Assembly (NCBI GenBank): GCA_017525225.1
Contig: JAFXTB010000171.1
Coordinates: forward strand, 19,205 to 83,204
Origin: Kiritimatiellia bacterium
GTDB lineage: Bacteria; Verrucomicrobiota; Kiritimatiellia; RFP12; UBA1067
DNA length: 64,000 nucleotides
Reading direction: 5' to 3'
Of the stretch, positions 18,093 through 27,896 are shown piece by piece. Made by a program: the position numbers and the translations under genes. The notes under the pieces are model-generated. The model was not told the DNA's origin and did not search any database. It was given only the letters and a program-made list of their open reading frames with translations. Numbering within the stretch: position 1 is the first letter of the stretch; every line of letters starts with the position of its first letter.

Positions 18093-19370
18093 TCAGACTC
18101 TCGGCTCCAGGCAGGCCCTTACGCGCATCGACTCGTCACGGGCGTCGACAAGGTAGATCCTGTACCTTTCACCACCGGGCGCGACCTTCACGACAACGTG
18201 TACCCCTTCCTTCGTCTCCGGCGGCACATTCCGCATGAACGGCATGTCGCAGAACTCCCTGGCGCGGTCCGTCGGCATGAAGTTCGGAATGATCAGCGGA
18301 TCGAAGTCCGGATGCAGATCGCGCGACGCCATGCGTTCCATCGTGTCCTTGACTACGTGCCAGTGGCTCCACACGCAGGTGATGTACGCCTGCGCACGGA
18401 CCGAGCGGATGAAATCCGCGCTCATCGCATCGATGCAGCTGTGGTGGTTCGTCTTGCAGACCGTCACCGGACCAACGCGCCTGCCGACCTCCGCCTCGTA
18501 GTTGATGGGACCATCCTTGGTGGCGAAGCCCTGCTTCATGAAGCTCGGCTGGACGTCGCCACCCGTCCAGAACCTGAACTTGCCGTACTGGATGACGAAT
18601 CCCATCGAGAGCATGTTCTGGGGCAGATAGTCCTTGCCTGTCGCCGTCACGGTCTCGGCGGCGAAGTCGCGTTCGCCGTCCCTGCCGTCCCAGAGCCGCC
18701 CGTTCGCGCAGATGTTGCGGATCGAGAACACGCCCTTGTACTTCCCGGGGTCGCGCAACAGCGCGATCTGGTCGAGCGCGCCGACCTTGAACGGCTCCAC
18801 TGCAAGCCCCTTCCTCTTCTGTTCCTCCACCCACGGCGCTACGAGATGCATGCACATTCCATGCGACCCGTACGTCCCGCGCGCCGGATACTGATGGTCG
18901 AAGTAGCGCTTGAAGGAGAAATCCTCCGCCACGCACAGAAAACCGTCGATCTTGCGTCCGTCGGCCGTCGTCCTGTATCGCCAGTCCATCTCCGGCGTGC
19001 TCTTCTGCCCGAATCCAGCGTGCCCTACGTGGTCTGCATGCCAATGCGAGAAGATCAGGTAGTCTATGGACTTCTCCGGGTACACACGCCCGATGTAACG
19101 GCTGACCCACTCGCCGCCGAGCCGTTCTGACGAAGGCAGCAGCGGGGTATAGGCGACATCCTTCGGACGATAGGCATCGCCAACGTCGTTCAGGATCGCC
19201 GTGCCGTCTGGCAGACGGTAGAACATGTTCTCTCCACATCCCGTGTAGATGAAGTGCAGTTCCAGCTCGCCCTGCTTCCAAGGCGGCAGAGGGGTCCCTC
19301 CCACGGCTCCGTCTGCCATGCCTACGATCGGCACGGCCAGCGCGGACTTGACGAAATCGCGCCTGTTCAT
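18093..19370 (-). CDS. Tat-exported metallo-beta-lactamase-fold (ComEC/Rec2-like) hydrolase
   Basis: Start reassigned to MNRRDFVKSALA; ELHFIYTGCGE, SHWHADHVGH, FWTGGD, KTNHH. Confidence 0.8.
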   Translation of the reverse strand: MNRRDFVKSALAVPIVGMADGAVGGTPLPPWKQGELELHFIYTGCGENMFYRLPDGTAILNDVGDAYRPKDVAYTPLLPSSERLGGEWVSRYIGRVYPEKSIDYLIFSHWHADHVGHAGFGQKSTPEMDWRYRTTADGRKIDGFLCVAEDFSFKRYFDHQYPARGTYGSHGMCMHLVAPWVEEQKRKGLAVEPFKVGALDQIALLRDPGKYKGVFSIRNICANGRLWDGRDGERDFAAETVTATGKDYLPQNMLSMGFVIQYGKFRFWTGGDVQPSFMKQGFATKDGPINYEAEVGRRVGPVTVCKTNHHSCIDAMSADFIRSVRAQAYITCVWSHWHVVKDTMERMASRDLHPDFDPLIIPNFMPTDRAREFCDMPFMRNVPPETKEGVHVVVKVAPGGERYRIYLVDARDESMRVRACLEPRV

Positions 19371-19407
19371 GTTCGTTCGATCCGGTTGAAGCGCTGCGAG
19401 ACGCATC

Positions 19408-22400
19408 CTATTCAGCGACGACCAGCACGCCGGCATTGGATTTGAGCGGGACGGACATCGTGCCGTCGGCGCGCTTTTCGACGGCGACGGCGCCGTTTCC
19501 GTCAAATGCCTTGACGATGCTCGTTGCCGACACGGGCCGGAAGACGATCACGTGCGTCCTGGGCGCGACATCCTCGGAATCGTCGCACGCGGCTACATAG
19601 GTCGCATAGCCGCCGGAGCCATCGCGCGACGCGAAATGTCCTACCGCCAACGCCGCGCCGTCGGTCGCCTTGACATCCGCGAATCCAACGCCCGTGGATG
19701 CCGCCAGTACGGGCTGGGCGACCTTCCCGGCGAATTCGGCGGCATTGAACCCGACGAGGTCCGTATTGATCCTGCGGTATTTCATGTACTGCGGCGAGAT
19801 GCGATGCAGCTCGGCGTTGACCGTCTTGAGCATGTCGTAGGTGGCAGTCTTCATGCCGTTGGTGTCGACTGCGTTTTGCGCCCACCAGCCCTTTGTCCAG
19901 CAAGCCCACGAGATCACCTCCGCGCCATACGCGAGCGCGGTGTTCGCCTGGTAGCGGAGCGTGTTCACCGTCATCGCCCTGTTCTTCCTGCTGCCTTCCG
20001 CGTACTGGTTGGCCTGCAGGACGATCCAGAGGCTGCGATGCGTGGCCGTGCAGGCGTCGGCGACAATGCGCAGGTTCTCGAACATGCCCGGCACCTTGTT
20101 CTTCCAACCCCAGAGATAATGATCGTAGCAGATGTAGTCGAGCGGGACGTTCTTGCAGTATATCTCGATGTGCGTGCGATAGTCCTTGCAACCCAGCTGC
20201 GTCTTGGAGAGGTCCTGGCCATCCTTGCCCGGCAGCGCGTAGTTCGGGAAGAGGTTCAGGTACGGGAACTGGTTCGGGAAGTTCTCCGCCGTGCAGCGCA
20301 CGACTTCGCCGTAGTGGGGGAAATCGAGCGCGGACGGCTCGTCGCCGATGTCGATGGCCCACACCGCCGGATGGTCCTTGAACTGCCTGGCGGCGTTTTC
20401 GTACTTCCAGATCGGATTGTACTCGTGCATGTGCCCGTTGCGCTCGTAGCTTCCGCCGCCCCACCATCCGGGCGTGACCCCGCCGAGGATCACGCCGACC
20501 TTGTGCTTGAGGCAGAGGTCCAGGGTCTTGCGATCCAGATTCTCGATCACAAAGTCGATTCCGCAGTCCGCAATGTCCTTGATATGCGCCTCGGTGCGGG
20601 CATACGGCTTGAGGCAGTATGTTCCGATGTTGAGCTTCGTACGATCCATGCGCTTCGCGGGCTTCTTCGCCTTGCGCCACCTCGCGGCCATGGCCTCCTC
20701 GTCGAAATCAAGCGGAATGAACGTGCGATAGCTGTTGCCGGGACGCCAGAGGTTGCCGGCGGACGCATAGTCGCAGAACCGGATGCGGGCCGGACGGCGC
20801 CCTTCCGGATTCTCGGCATGTCCGCCGATCGGCAGCGCCGCCGAGACGATCATGCGCATTTCGTCAGGACGCTCGGGCTGTTCGAGCGTGAAAGCAGGGA
20901 GCCTGTCGAAATTAAAGCAGTAGCGACGCAGCTCGGCGGAGATATCGCCGTCGCCAAAGCGCGAATCGCGGGCCAGCAGCACGGGACCGCGCGTGAACGC
21001 CACGTGGTCATGGCTCACGTGCGCCTTCACAGGGAGACCGAAATCGAGCGTCACCACGTCGCCAGGCTTCCACAAGCGTTCATGCATCGTATAGCGTGGT
21101 CCCACGAGGTAGCGCGCCTCGACAGCGCACCCGTTCACCGTCATCCTGTTGTTGGCCGTGCATCCTGGAATTCGCACGGAGAACTTGAACTTCATCGGCT
21201 TGTCCAGACGGAAGCGGATGTCGACCTTCCCGTCGCGCGGATATGTCGTATGCACCTCGAAGCACGCCTTCTTGCCGAGGGATGGAACCAGCACCGATGC
21301 GTAGCCGGAAGCATACCAGTTCATGAACACCTCGTCGTTCTTCGCCTGGAGGATCGAACGGAGAAACGCGAGGAAACCGCGCGGGCCGTTGGCGTTGCAG
21401 CAGTTCGTGTGCATGCGGCAATGGAGATGCCCTTCCGACCTGTAGCCTGTAAGGGGGGTGTAGGCGGCGAACAGCGAACCGTCATGGTTCAGCGAAGCGA
21501 GATAGGCGTTGTAGAACGTCTTCTCGAACTCTTCGGCATACGACGGATCGCCCGTTATCGCCAGCAGCTTCTCGCAGAGCCGCATCCATGTGATCGTCAC
21601 GCACGTCTCCTGCAGCGCGCTGTACGGTTCATGCTGATGCTCGGCGCCATGGAACCAGAACTCATGCGAGGCGGCGCTGCCGGCCAGATTGATCTCGTCG
21701 CGCACTATGCTCGCCACCGTTGCGATCGTCGCGGAAAGCAGATCCTTCCTCCCCGTGACCTCGTAGTACTCCAGCAGCCCCTGGTAGCAGCTCATCATCT
21801 CGTATGCCTTGTTGCGGCTCTTGATGAAGTCCTGCCAGAAGGAGTTGGGGGCTGGCGCCGGCGAACGGTTCGCCACAGGGCACGACGCCAGCTCCAGAAG
21901 CCGGGGACCGTCCTTGCGCTCCGTCATCTCCTTCACGATGAAGGCGGCAAAATCAAGGTACTTCTGCTCCTTCGTGCGGCGATAGAGCCACATCACAGGC
22001 TCCAGCACACTGCAGCTGGGCATGCCGGAATAGTTGCCGGTGCCGCCGATCTTCAGCTTTGAATCCGGCCCGACGCTGCCAATCAGATAGTCGCAGAGCC
22101 GCCGGCAGGACGCCATCGACTTCGCGTCGCCAGTCGCGTCGTAGTAGTGCAGAAGCCCCATCATCGTGTACTTGATCCCCCACACGTCCCACGTTCCGTG
22201 CGCGCTGCGGCGGGATTCGATGTAGTTGCCAAGATAGCCATCCGCCTGCTGCGCAGACAGCAGATTGGCAATTCCCGCATCGAGCTTGCGCTTCAGGACG
22301 GGGTCCTTGGTCATCGACCAGAACGGCGCGGCGGAATGCATGTACTTGCCCCAGAACTCCGTCTGCCACAGGCCCGTCTCGGTGCGGTGCTTGAAGCATT

Positions 22401-22578
22401 CCGTGAGGTACACGGGGTCCTGCTCAAGCACGTGGTTGCGATACATCGCCTCAAACGTCTTCGCCAGCGGTCCTTGCAGCGATACGTCTCCGTCCGCAAC
22501 GCCGACCCTTGGCGTGACGGCCTGCGCGGATGCCGTCAATGCGGCGGCGAGTGCAACAAGTACGATCCTTTTCATCAT
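19408..22578 (-). CDS. GH127-type beta-L-arabinofuranosidase fused to a second uncharacterised GH-A-like domain
   Basis: WQTEFWGKY, KAYEMMSC, ETCVTITW, CCNANGPR (GH127 Cys/Glu pattern); C-terminal ~415 aa from RMDRTKLNIG is paralogous to 27897..29246. Confidence 0.85.
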   Translation of the reverse strand: MMKRIVLVALAAALTASAQAVTPRVGVADGDVSLQGPLAKTFEAMYRNHVLEQDPVYLTECFKHRTETGLWQTEFWGKYMHSAAPFWSMTKDPVLKRKLDAGIANLLSAQQADGYLGNYIESRRSAHGTWDVWGIKYTMMGLLHYYDATGDAKSMASCRRLCDYLIGSVGPDSKLKIGGTGNYSGMPSCSVLEPVMWLYRRTKEQKYLDFAAFIVKEMTERKDGPRLLELASCPVANRSPAPAPNSFWQDFIKSRNKAYEMMSCYQGLLEYYEVTGRKDLLSATIATVASIVRDEINLAGSAASHEFWFHGAEHQHEPYSALQETCVTITWMRLCEKLLAITGDPSYAEEFEKTFYNAYLASLNHDGSLFAAYTPLTGYRSEGHLHCRMHTNCCNANGPRGFLAFLRSILQAKNDEVFMNWYASGYASVLVPSLGKKACFEVHTTYPRDGKVDIRFRLDKPMKFKFSVRIPGCTANNRMTVNGCAVEARYLVGPRYTMHERLWKPGDVVTLDFGLPVKAHVSHDHVAFTRGPVLLARDSRFGDGDISAELRRYCFNFDRLPAFTLEQPERPDEMRMIVSAALPIGGHAENPEGRRPARIRFCDYASAGNLWRPGNSYRTFIPLDFDEEAMAARWRKAKKPAKRMDRTKLNIGTYCLKPYARTEAHIKDIADCGIDFVIENLDRKTLDLCLKHKVGVILGGVTPGWWGGGSYERNGHMHEYNPIWKYENAARQFKDHPAVWAIDIGDEPSALDFPHYGEVVRCTAENFPNQFPYLNLFPNYALPGKDGQDLSKTQLGCKDYRTHIEIYCKNVPLDYICYDHYLWGWKNKVPGMFENLRIVADACTATHRSLWIVLQANQYAEGSRKNRAMTVNTLRYQANTALAYGAEVISWACWTKGWWAQNAVDTNGMKTATYDMLKTVNAELHRISPQYMKYRRINTDLVGFNAAEFAGKVAQPVLAASTGVGFADVKATDGAALAVGHFASRDGSGGYATYVAACDDSEDVAPRTHVIVFRPVSATSIVKAFDGNGAVAVEKRADGTMSVPLKSNAGVLVVAE

Positions 22579-22608
22579 GTCCTTCTTTCTTTGCTGTGTT
22601 TATGAAAA

Positions 22609-25600
22609 TCAAAGCTCGACGATGCCGGCGGGGAGCTGCTTCTCCACCTTGATCCGACCGTTCTCCAGCCTCCATGAAACCAAGATGCGTCCCTTTGGCG
22701 TATCGAGATGTCCCTTCGCCCATGTGACGCCGGCGACGGCATACGGCGCGATGCGCACCTTGTCGCAGCCCACCGCGTCCTCCGCGACCTGGATGCCTAG
22801 GATGCCGCGCATCAGCCAGGCCGCGCACGACCCGAACATGGGATGGTTGTGCGAATATGTGTTGTCCGACGGCGCCCACGTCTCCCAGAGCGTCGTGGCG
22901 CCGTTGTCGAGCATGTTGAACCAGCCGGGGAAGCCCTTGTGCGAAAACACCCGGCCGGCGATCTCCGCATCGCCACGAGCCGTAAGTATCTCAAGAATAT
23001 ACTGCGTGGAGAAGATGCCGGTGGACATCGCGTAGTCGTGGCCGGCCACGTTCTCCTTCAGGATGCGGTAGGCGGCATCGAGATCTTCCGGCGGCAGCAT
23101 GCCGTGGTAGATCGCGAAACATTCCTCGCCCTGCCTGCCGTCTCCGACGAATCCCTTGGCCGGCACATATCGCGCGGCGGCGGCAAACGCCGCCTCCAGC
23201 TCCCTTGCCGTCGCTTCGAACTTTTCCGCGTCAGGCGTCTCGCCGAGAAGTCGTGCGAACTTCGCCGTCAACTTGAGGAACTGGTGGTAGTGGCACTGCG
23301 CAGTCAGAACCTTGTCCGCCTTCTCCAGCGCCTCATGGTCGCCGATGCACGGCGGCACATGTCTTGTATCGAACGTCTCGGCGCAGCGGAACAGGAAGCG
23401 CCGCAGGAAGGGATAGGCCTCACGCATCGTCCGCCTGTCGCCATAGTAGCGCAGAAGCAGATCCACTACGATCGGCGCGTCCACGGCCCAGCCGAAGCGA
23501 CAACGTTCGACGCACTGATTCGGAAACACCGACGGCGACGTGGTCGAGAACACGCCGTGCAACGCTTCCATGTCGCAGCGGTCGCGCACGACCTTGCGGT
23601 AGAACGCAGACATGTCGTAGTTGAGGACGAACGACTCCGCCGTAGCCGCCAGATCGCCGCCATATCCAAACCGCTCGCGCGCCGGGCAGTCCGACTGCAC
23701 ACCCTGCATGTTGGACCGGAAAGTCCGCCTGCACACGTCGCGGAGACGGTTTATCTTCGGATCCGAACACTCGAACGACGTAGAATCCTTCACGTCCGCA
23801 CTCCAGGCAAGAGCCTCGAAATCCTCCGGCGACGGAGCTACGCGCAATCCCGCCACCTCCACATAGCGGAAGCCATGGAACGTGAAACGAGGCTCGTAGA
23901 CGAACCGTTCCGCCTCAGGGCAGATGACGGTGTCCTTCTGTTCCGCGATCCCGGGTGGATCGATCTTGGCCTTCTTCTGCTGTCCGCAGACGCTGGTCAT
24001 CACGTTCAGCTTCCCATCTGGATACAGTATCTCCCCATATCTGAACGTCACCACGTCGCCGTCATGCGAGCCCTTCACCGTCGCCCTGATCGTACCTGCG
24101 AAGTTGACGCCCATGTCGACGATCCACTTTCCGTCCGGCAGCGGCTTGACGTCCTTCGCCTTCCACCGATCGTACACAATCACGGGCGGCGCGTCGCCGC
24201 GCGGCAGCACTGCGCCCTTGGGCGCATCCGACACAACCCGCGCCGCCTGGCGGGGCGCACCGGCCCCGGCGCGCCGCCGCATGTCGCGCTTCTCGCCAAG
24301 ATAGAGATTGTTGCGCAGCACCGGTCCGTCCGACGCGCTCCAATCGCGATCCGTGACGATGCGTTCCGTCGTGCCATCCGCATACGTCACCTCCAGTGTC
24401 GCCTTGGCCGTAGGCGTTCCGTGCGGAAGGGTCTTGCGCAGGTTGAAGCGCCCCCACATCTTCATCGGGAGCGGATTCCACCAGCCGTTGCCCAGTTCGA
24501 TCGCAAGCGTGTTCCTGCCTTCCTTCACAAATGCCGTGACGTCGTATTCATCCTCCAGAACACGCCGGTCAAAGGCAGTCCAAAGCGGCAGGGCCACGAC
24601 ATTTACGCGCTTCCCGTTAACCGAGGCATCGTACATCCCCGGCGAAGCGATGCGCCACACCGCACGCTTCACCGGCTTTGCCGCGAGCGTGAACTCACGC
24701 TCCAGCACGGGAGCCGGAGCATCGGCGAAATGCGCCGCATAGTCGTCCTCGCCCGGCACTACGTACTGGCCAGTGATCCACTCCGCCTGTCCTGTGCCGG
24801 TCGAACGCGGACATTCAAGCATCAGTTCCCTGAAGCGCGCGATTTCTTCGTCGGTGATGCCACAGGCTTTCGCATATGCGACGCATTGCCTCTGAACCGG
24901 CATCTTGGGGAAGGTCTCGTTCAGATAGCGCTTAAGACCGTCTATGTAGTTCCAGTGGTTGAACTTCACCAGATCATAGTTGAACACGGTAAGTTCCCAA
25001 TCCTTGTCGAGATCATCTTCGGCCACGCCCAGGATGCCGCCCAGCAGCCAAGCGAGCGAACCCGTGCGATCCGCACCGCCGGCGCAATGGAATATCGCCG
25101 GCAGATTCGCCGGATTGTTCAATTCGCGGAAACACTTCGCGAACGCGGCCTTGGCCGTTTCAGTCTTCATTCCGTCATAGTTGGAAGAACTTACGTTCAC
25201 CCATCTCGTCGATGGTCCTAACGGAGACGATGTCATCCCGTAGCTTTCCCAGTCGGTGCGAAGGTCAAGTTCCAACCGTATCCCAAACGTCGCCTCGGCC
25301 TCTTTCCTGGCGGCATCCGTAAGCAGGGATTCGCCGACCCGCCATTCCGACCTGGGCTGTTCCTTGCGCCCGTGCGCCTGACGGTTCAGGGCCGCCGAAC
25401 GGTACAGCATCCCCTGCTTCACACGCCTGCCATCCAACGTCGCGTAGCCACCGATGTCGCGTACGTTGCCTACGCCGTCCATCCTGCAGATGCGCGGCAC
25501 TCCGGCTTCGGTTTCGAACGTGCCCGTCCCGACCGTCTTGCCGCCACGCCGCGCGGTCCAGGTATAACGCGTTCCCACGAGAAGATTGTCGATGACGGCA

Positions 25601-27876
25601 ACGCCATTCGCCACCTTGATCGTGCGTACACGGTCACGCGAGACGCGTGACCCTACCGACACATCGCCTGCCAATGCGCGCAGCTCCACTTCGGTCGCGT
25701 CGCCGACTTTCAGCTCGAACGGCTTCGGACACGAACCCACCTTCTTTGCCGACACCCTGAAATCCTGATCCAACATGAGACCCATGCGTTCCCATTTCGG
25801 ACGTTTCAGAAATTCACGCATGGCATCGGTAATTATCGGCACCTTCCTATCGCCCGCCGCCTTGAACAGCACCACCTTGGCCGTGCACGGCTTGTCGGCG
25901 CGGATCTCGAACGATCCGTCACCGGGAATCGTCCAGTTCTCCGAGGTGTCCACATCCGTGAACACATACATCTTCGCGGGGTCCAGTCCGCGCGGCCTGA
26001 CGACGAACGCCGTCGTCGGGGTGTGCTTGCGCCTGAAGAGCTGGATGAAACCGGAACCGTCGTCGGCATCGACGAATTCCCATCCGCACCACAGGTCGCT
26101 TCCATTGTCGGAGCGCGTGAGCGGATAGAAGTCCTTCACGTAATAGCGCCTGATCTTCTCCCACAACAGGTAGTTCGCCTTGAGGTTGTCCCAGTTCACG
26201 TTTGCCGGCGCCAGGCCGGTCCCCACGTTGAGATATGGCATCAGACGGCTGCGCAACTCGTAGGGATCGGCGGTTTTCGGACGCCCACCGCCATAGAGCG
26301 GCACCCACAGGGATATACCCTGCGTCTGCATCTGCTGCTCGTCCAGGGGACCACTCGTGTCTGTGCGCCATAGCGGCGCCGAATAGGAAAGCGACTCCAC
26401 GTCGTTCCTACAGCCGCCCTGCGAGCAGTTGTCGATACGCCTGCAGGACGGATTCGACGCCAGCACGGCCTCATACAGCCGATAGAAGCCTTCCACGTGC
26501 TTCATTTCGGAAATGCCCACGCGGTTCTGTTCGCCGTTCCGCGCATCGTGCTTGCGCCAGAAGTGCAGAGGCGGGAAGTTGAAGTCGAGCCGGAAGTAGT
26601 CCGCATGCTCGCGCTTCAACACGGAATCCACCGTCTTGAACCCCCATTCCCACGCCTTGGGATCGCCAAGGTTGAGGAACGCGCCGCGCCCGGTGTTGCC
26701 GGCGTAGAAGTATTCGGGGTGCGCCTGATATACGCGGGCGGAAGGCACTACGCGCTCCAGCTCGAACCACAGGATGCCATCCTTCGCGCCAAGCTTCTCG
26801 CGGGCGTAATCGAACACCTCGCCAGGTCCCTTCGGGAAACGGACGGGATCCGTGTCGTAGTTGCCGGTCCAGCGCCAATGCGCCTCGCCGCCTTTCTTGT
26901 TCCACTGGCTCTTCCATTCGTACCATGCCGCATCTATCCACCAGTAGTCGATCTTGAAGCCATGCGCGGCATACGCATCCACACCTTCCTTGTGCGTGGC
27001 GCTCGACCAGCTGTCGCTATCGAAGCCGACGCTTCGGGCCGAGCACATTGTCTGGTACGGGATGACTTTGCCGTTCAGACGCGGCTCGTTGCATTCAAGA
27101 AACCACTGGCGCCAGATGTTCTGCCCCTCGATCCAGTCGCCACGCCTGTAGAAAAGCACCGTCGCGCGCGGACCGCGCACGGCCTCGCCGGGATTCAGGT
27201 AGAACCGGCTGTCATTCATGCCTGCCGTGAATCTGAGCGTCCCATCTTCCTGCGCCAGGAAATCAGCCTGCCACTGCCCGGCCCAGCCGATCGCGGCGAT
27301 CATGCCCCGTCCGGCGTCTGGCGTCTCGACGTTGAAATAGGGCCAGGCCGTTTCACACGCCCTCCCGCCGGTAGTCTCTACATGGAGGCGATGGCTTTGA
27401 GGCCGAAGCCACCATTCGCGCGTCACCGGCGTGGTGAACTGCTGGTAGTCGTCGAGCGACTGCATCGCCCCAGCGGCATGGTGGACGACATGATGCTTGC
27501 GCTTGGACACGGCGGGAAGCAGGAAATCGAAATTGCGCACATTGGAGATGATGCCCGATTTCGCCGTCGACACGTTCCTGAAGCGCAGCAGCCAGGAGAG
27601 CGCTGGGAAGCCAGGATATTTCCGTATCTCCAACATTGCCTCGACCGTTCCGGACGGCTCGCGGAAGACATAGCCGGCATCGGTCTTCGTCCGAGTCCAG
27701 CCGCCGGCACGGAAATCCTTTCCGTTGTAGGAGAACGTGAACGGCAATTCCTTCAATTCGCCGCCAAAAACGTGAGCTGACCACTCCTCCGCCTGCTTAA
27801 GTTCGTCAGCGGTCGGTACGAGCGCATACGCCGCGGCAATGGCAAAAGCCACCGATAGAACGATCGTCTTTTTCAT
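22609..27876 (-). CDS. Triple fusion: GH36 alpha-galactosidase + tyrosine-phosphatase-like domain + GH78 alpha-L-rhamnosidase
   Basis: GH36: WWIDAAWY, YFRLDFN, IDNCSQGGCRND. PTP: NVRDIGGY, LYRSA, DLRT, HCAGGADRTG. GH78: VDMGVNFAG, FTFHGFRYVEV, SDCPARERFGYGGD, TTLWETW, SHNHPMFG. Confidence 0.88.
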   Translation of the reverse strand: MKKTIVLSVAFAIAAAYALVPTADELKQAEEWSAHVFGGELKELPFTFSYNGKDFRAGGWTRTKTDAGYVFREPSGTVEAMLEIRKYPGFPALSWLLRFRNVSTAKSGIISNVRNFDFLLPAVSKRKHHVVHHAAGAMQSLDDYQQFTTPVTREWWLRPQSHRLHVETTGGRACETAWPYFNVETPDAGRGMIAAIGWAGQWQADFLAQEDGTLRFTAGMNDSRFYLNPGEAVRGPRATVLFYRRGDWIEGQNIWRQWFLECNEPRLNGKVIPYQTMCSARSVGFDSDSWSSATHKEGVDAYAAHGFKIDYWWIDAAWYEWKSQWNKKGGEAHWRWTGNYDTDPVRFPKGPGEVFDYAREKLGAKDGILWFELERVVPSARVYQAHPEYFYAGNTGRGAFLNLGDPKAWEWGFKTVDSVLKREHADYFRLDFNFPPLHFWRKHDARNGEQNRVGISEMKHVEGFYRLYEAVLASNPSCRRIDNCSQGGCRNDVESLSYSAPLWRTDTSGPLDEQQMQTQGISLWVPLYGGGRPKTADPYELRSRLMPYLNVGTGLAPANVNWDNLKANYLLWEKIRRYYVKDFYPLTRSDNGSDLWCGWEFVDADDGSGFIQLFRRKHTPTTAFVVRPRGLDPAKMYVFTDVDTSENWTIPGDGSFEIRADKPCTAKVVLFKAAGDRKVPIITDAMREFLKRPKWERMGLMLDQDFRVSAKKVGSCPKPFELKVGDATEVELRALAGDVSVGSRVSRDRVRTIKVANGVAVIDNLLVGTRYTWTARRGGKTVGTGTFETEAGVPRICRMDGVGNVRDIGGYATLDGRRVKQGMLYRSAALNRQAHGRKEQPRSEWRVGESLLTDAARKEAEATFGIRLELDLRTDWESYGMTSSPLGPSTRWVNVSSSNYDGMKTETAKAAFAKCFRELNNPANLPAIFHCAGGADRTGSLAWLLGGILGVAEDDLDKDWELTVFNYDLVKFNHWNYIDGLKRYLNETFPKMPVQRQCVAYAKACGITDEEIARFRELMLECPRSTGTGQAEWITGQYVVPGEDDYAAHFADAPAPVLEREFTLAAKPVKRAVWRIASPGMYDASVNGKRVNVVALPLWTAFDRRVLEDEYDVTAFVKEGRNTLAIELGNGWWNPLPMKMWGRFNLRKTLPHGTPTAKATLEVTYADGTTERIVTDRDWSASDGPVLRNNLYLGEKRDMRRRAGAGAPRQAARVVSDAPKGAVLPRGDAPPVIVYDRWKAKDVKPLPDGKWIVDMGVNFAGTIRATVKGSHDGDVVTFRYGEILYPDGKLNVMTSVCGQQKKAKIDPPGIAEQKDTVICPEAERFVYEPRFTFHGFRYVEVAGLRVAPSPEDFEALAWSADVKDSTSFECSDPKINRLRDVCRRTFRSNMQGVQSDCPARERFGYGGDLAATAESFVLNYDMSAFYRKVVRDRCDMEALHGVFSTTSPSVFPNQCVERCRFGWAVDAPIVVDLLLRYYGDRRTMREAYPFLRRFLFRCAETFDTRHVPPCIGDHEALEKADKVLTAQCHYHQFLKLTAKFARLLGETPDAEKFEATARELEAAFAAAARYVPAKGFVGDGRQGEECFAIYHGMLPPEDLDAAYRILKENVAGHDYAMSTGIFSTQYILEILTARGDAEIAGRVFSHKGFPGWFNMLDNGATTLWETWAPSDNTYSHNHPMFGSCAAWLMRGILGIQVAEDAVGCDKVRIAPYAVAGVTWAKGHLDTPKGRILVSWRLENGRIKVEKQLPAGIVEL

Positions 27877-27896
27877 GGGTTTACTACTTTAACCTT

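Noticed and set aside
19552-25221. Very long plus-strand ORFs (836 aa at 19552, 792 aa at 22843; likewise 3449, 5722, 47847)
   Set aside because: Antisense shadows of GC-rich minus-strand genes; Arg/Ala/His-rich with no recognisable motifs.
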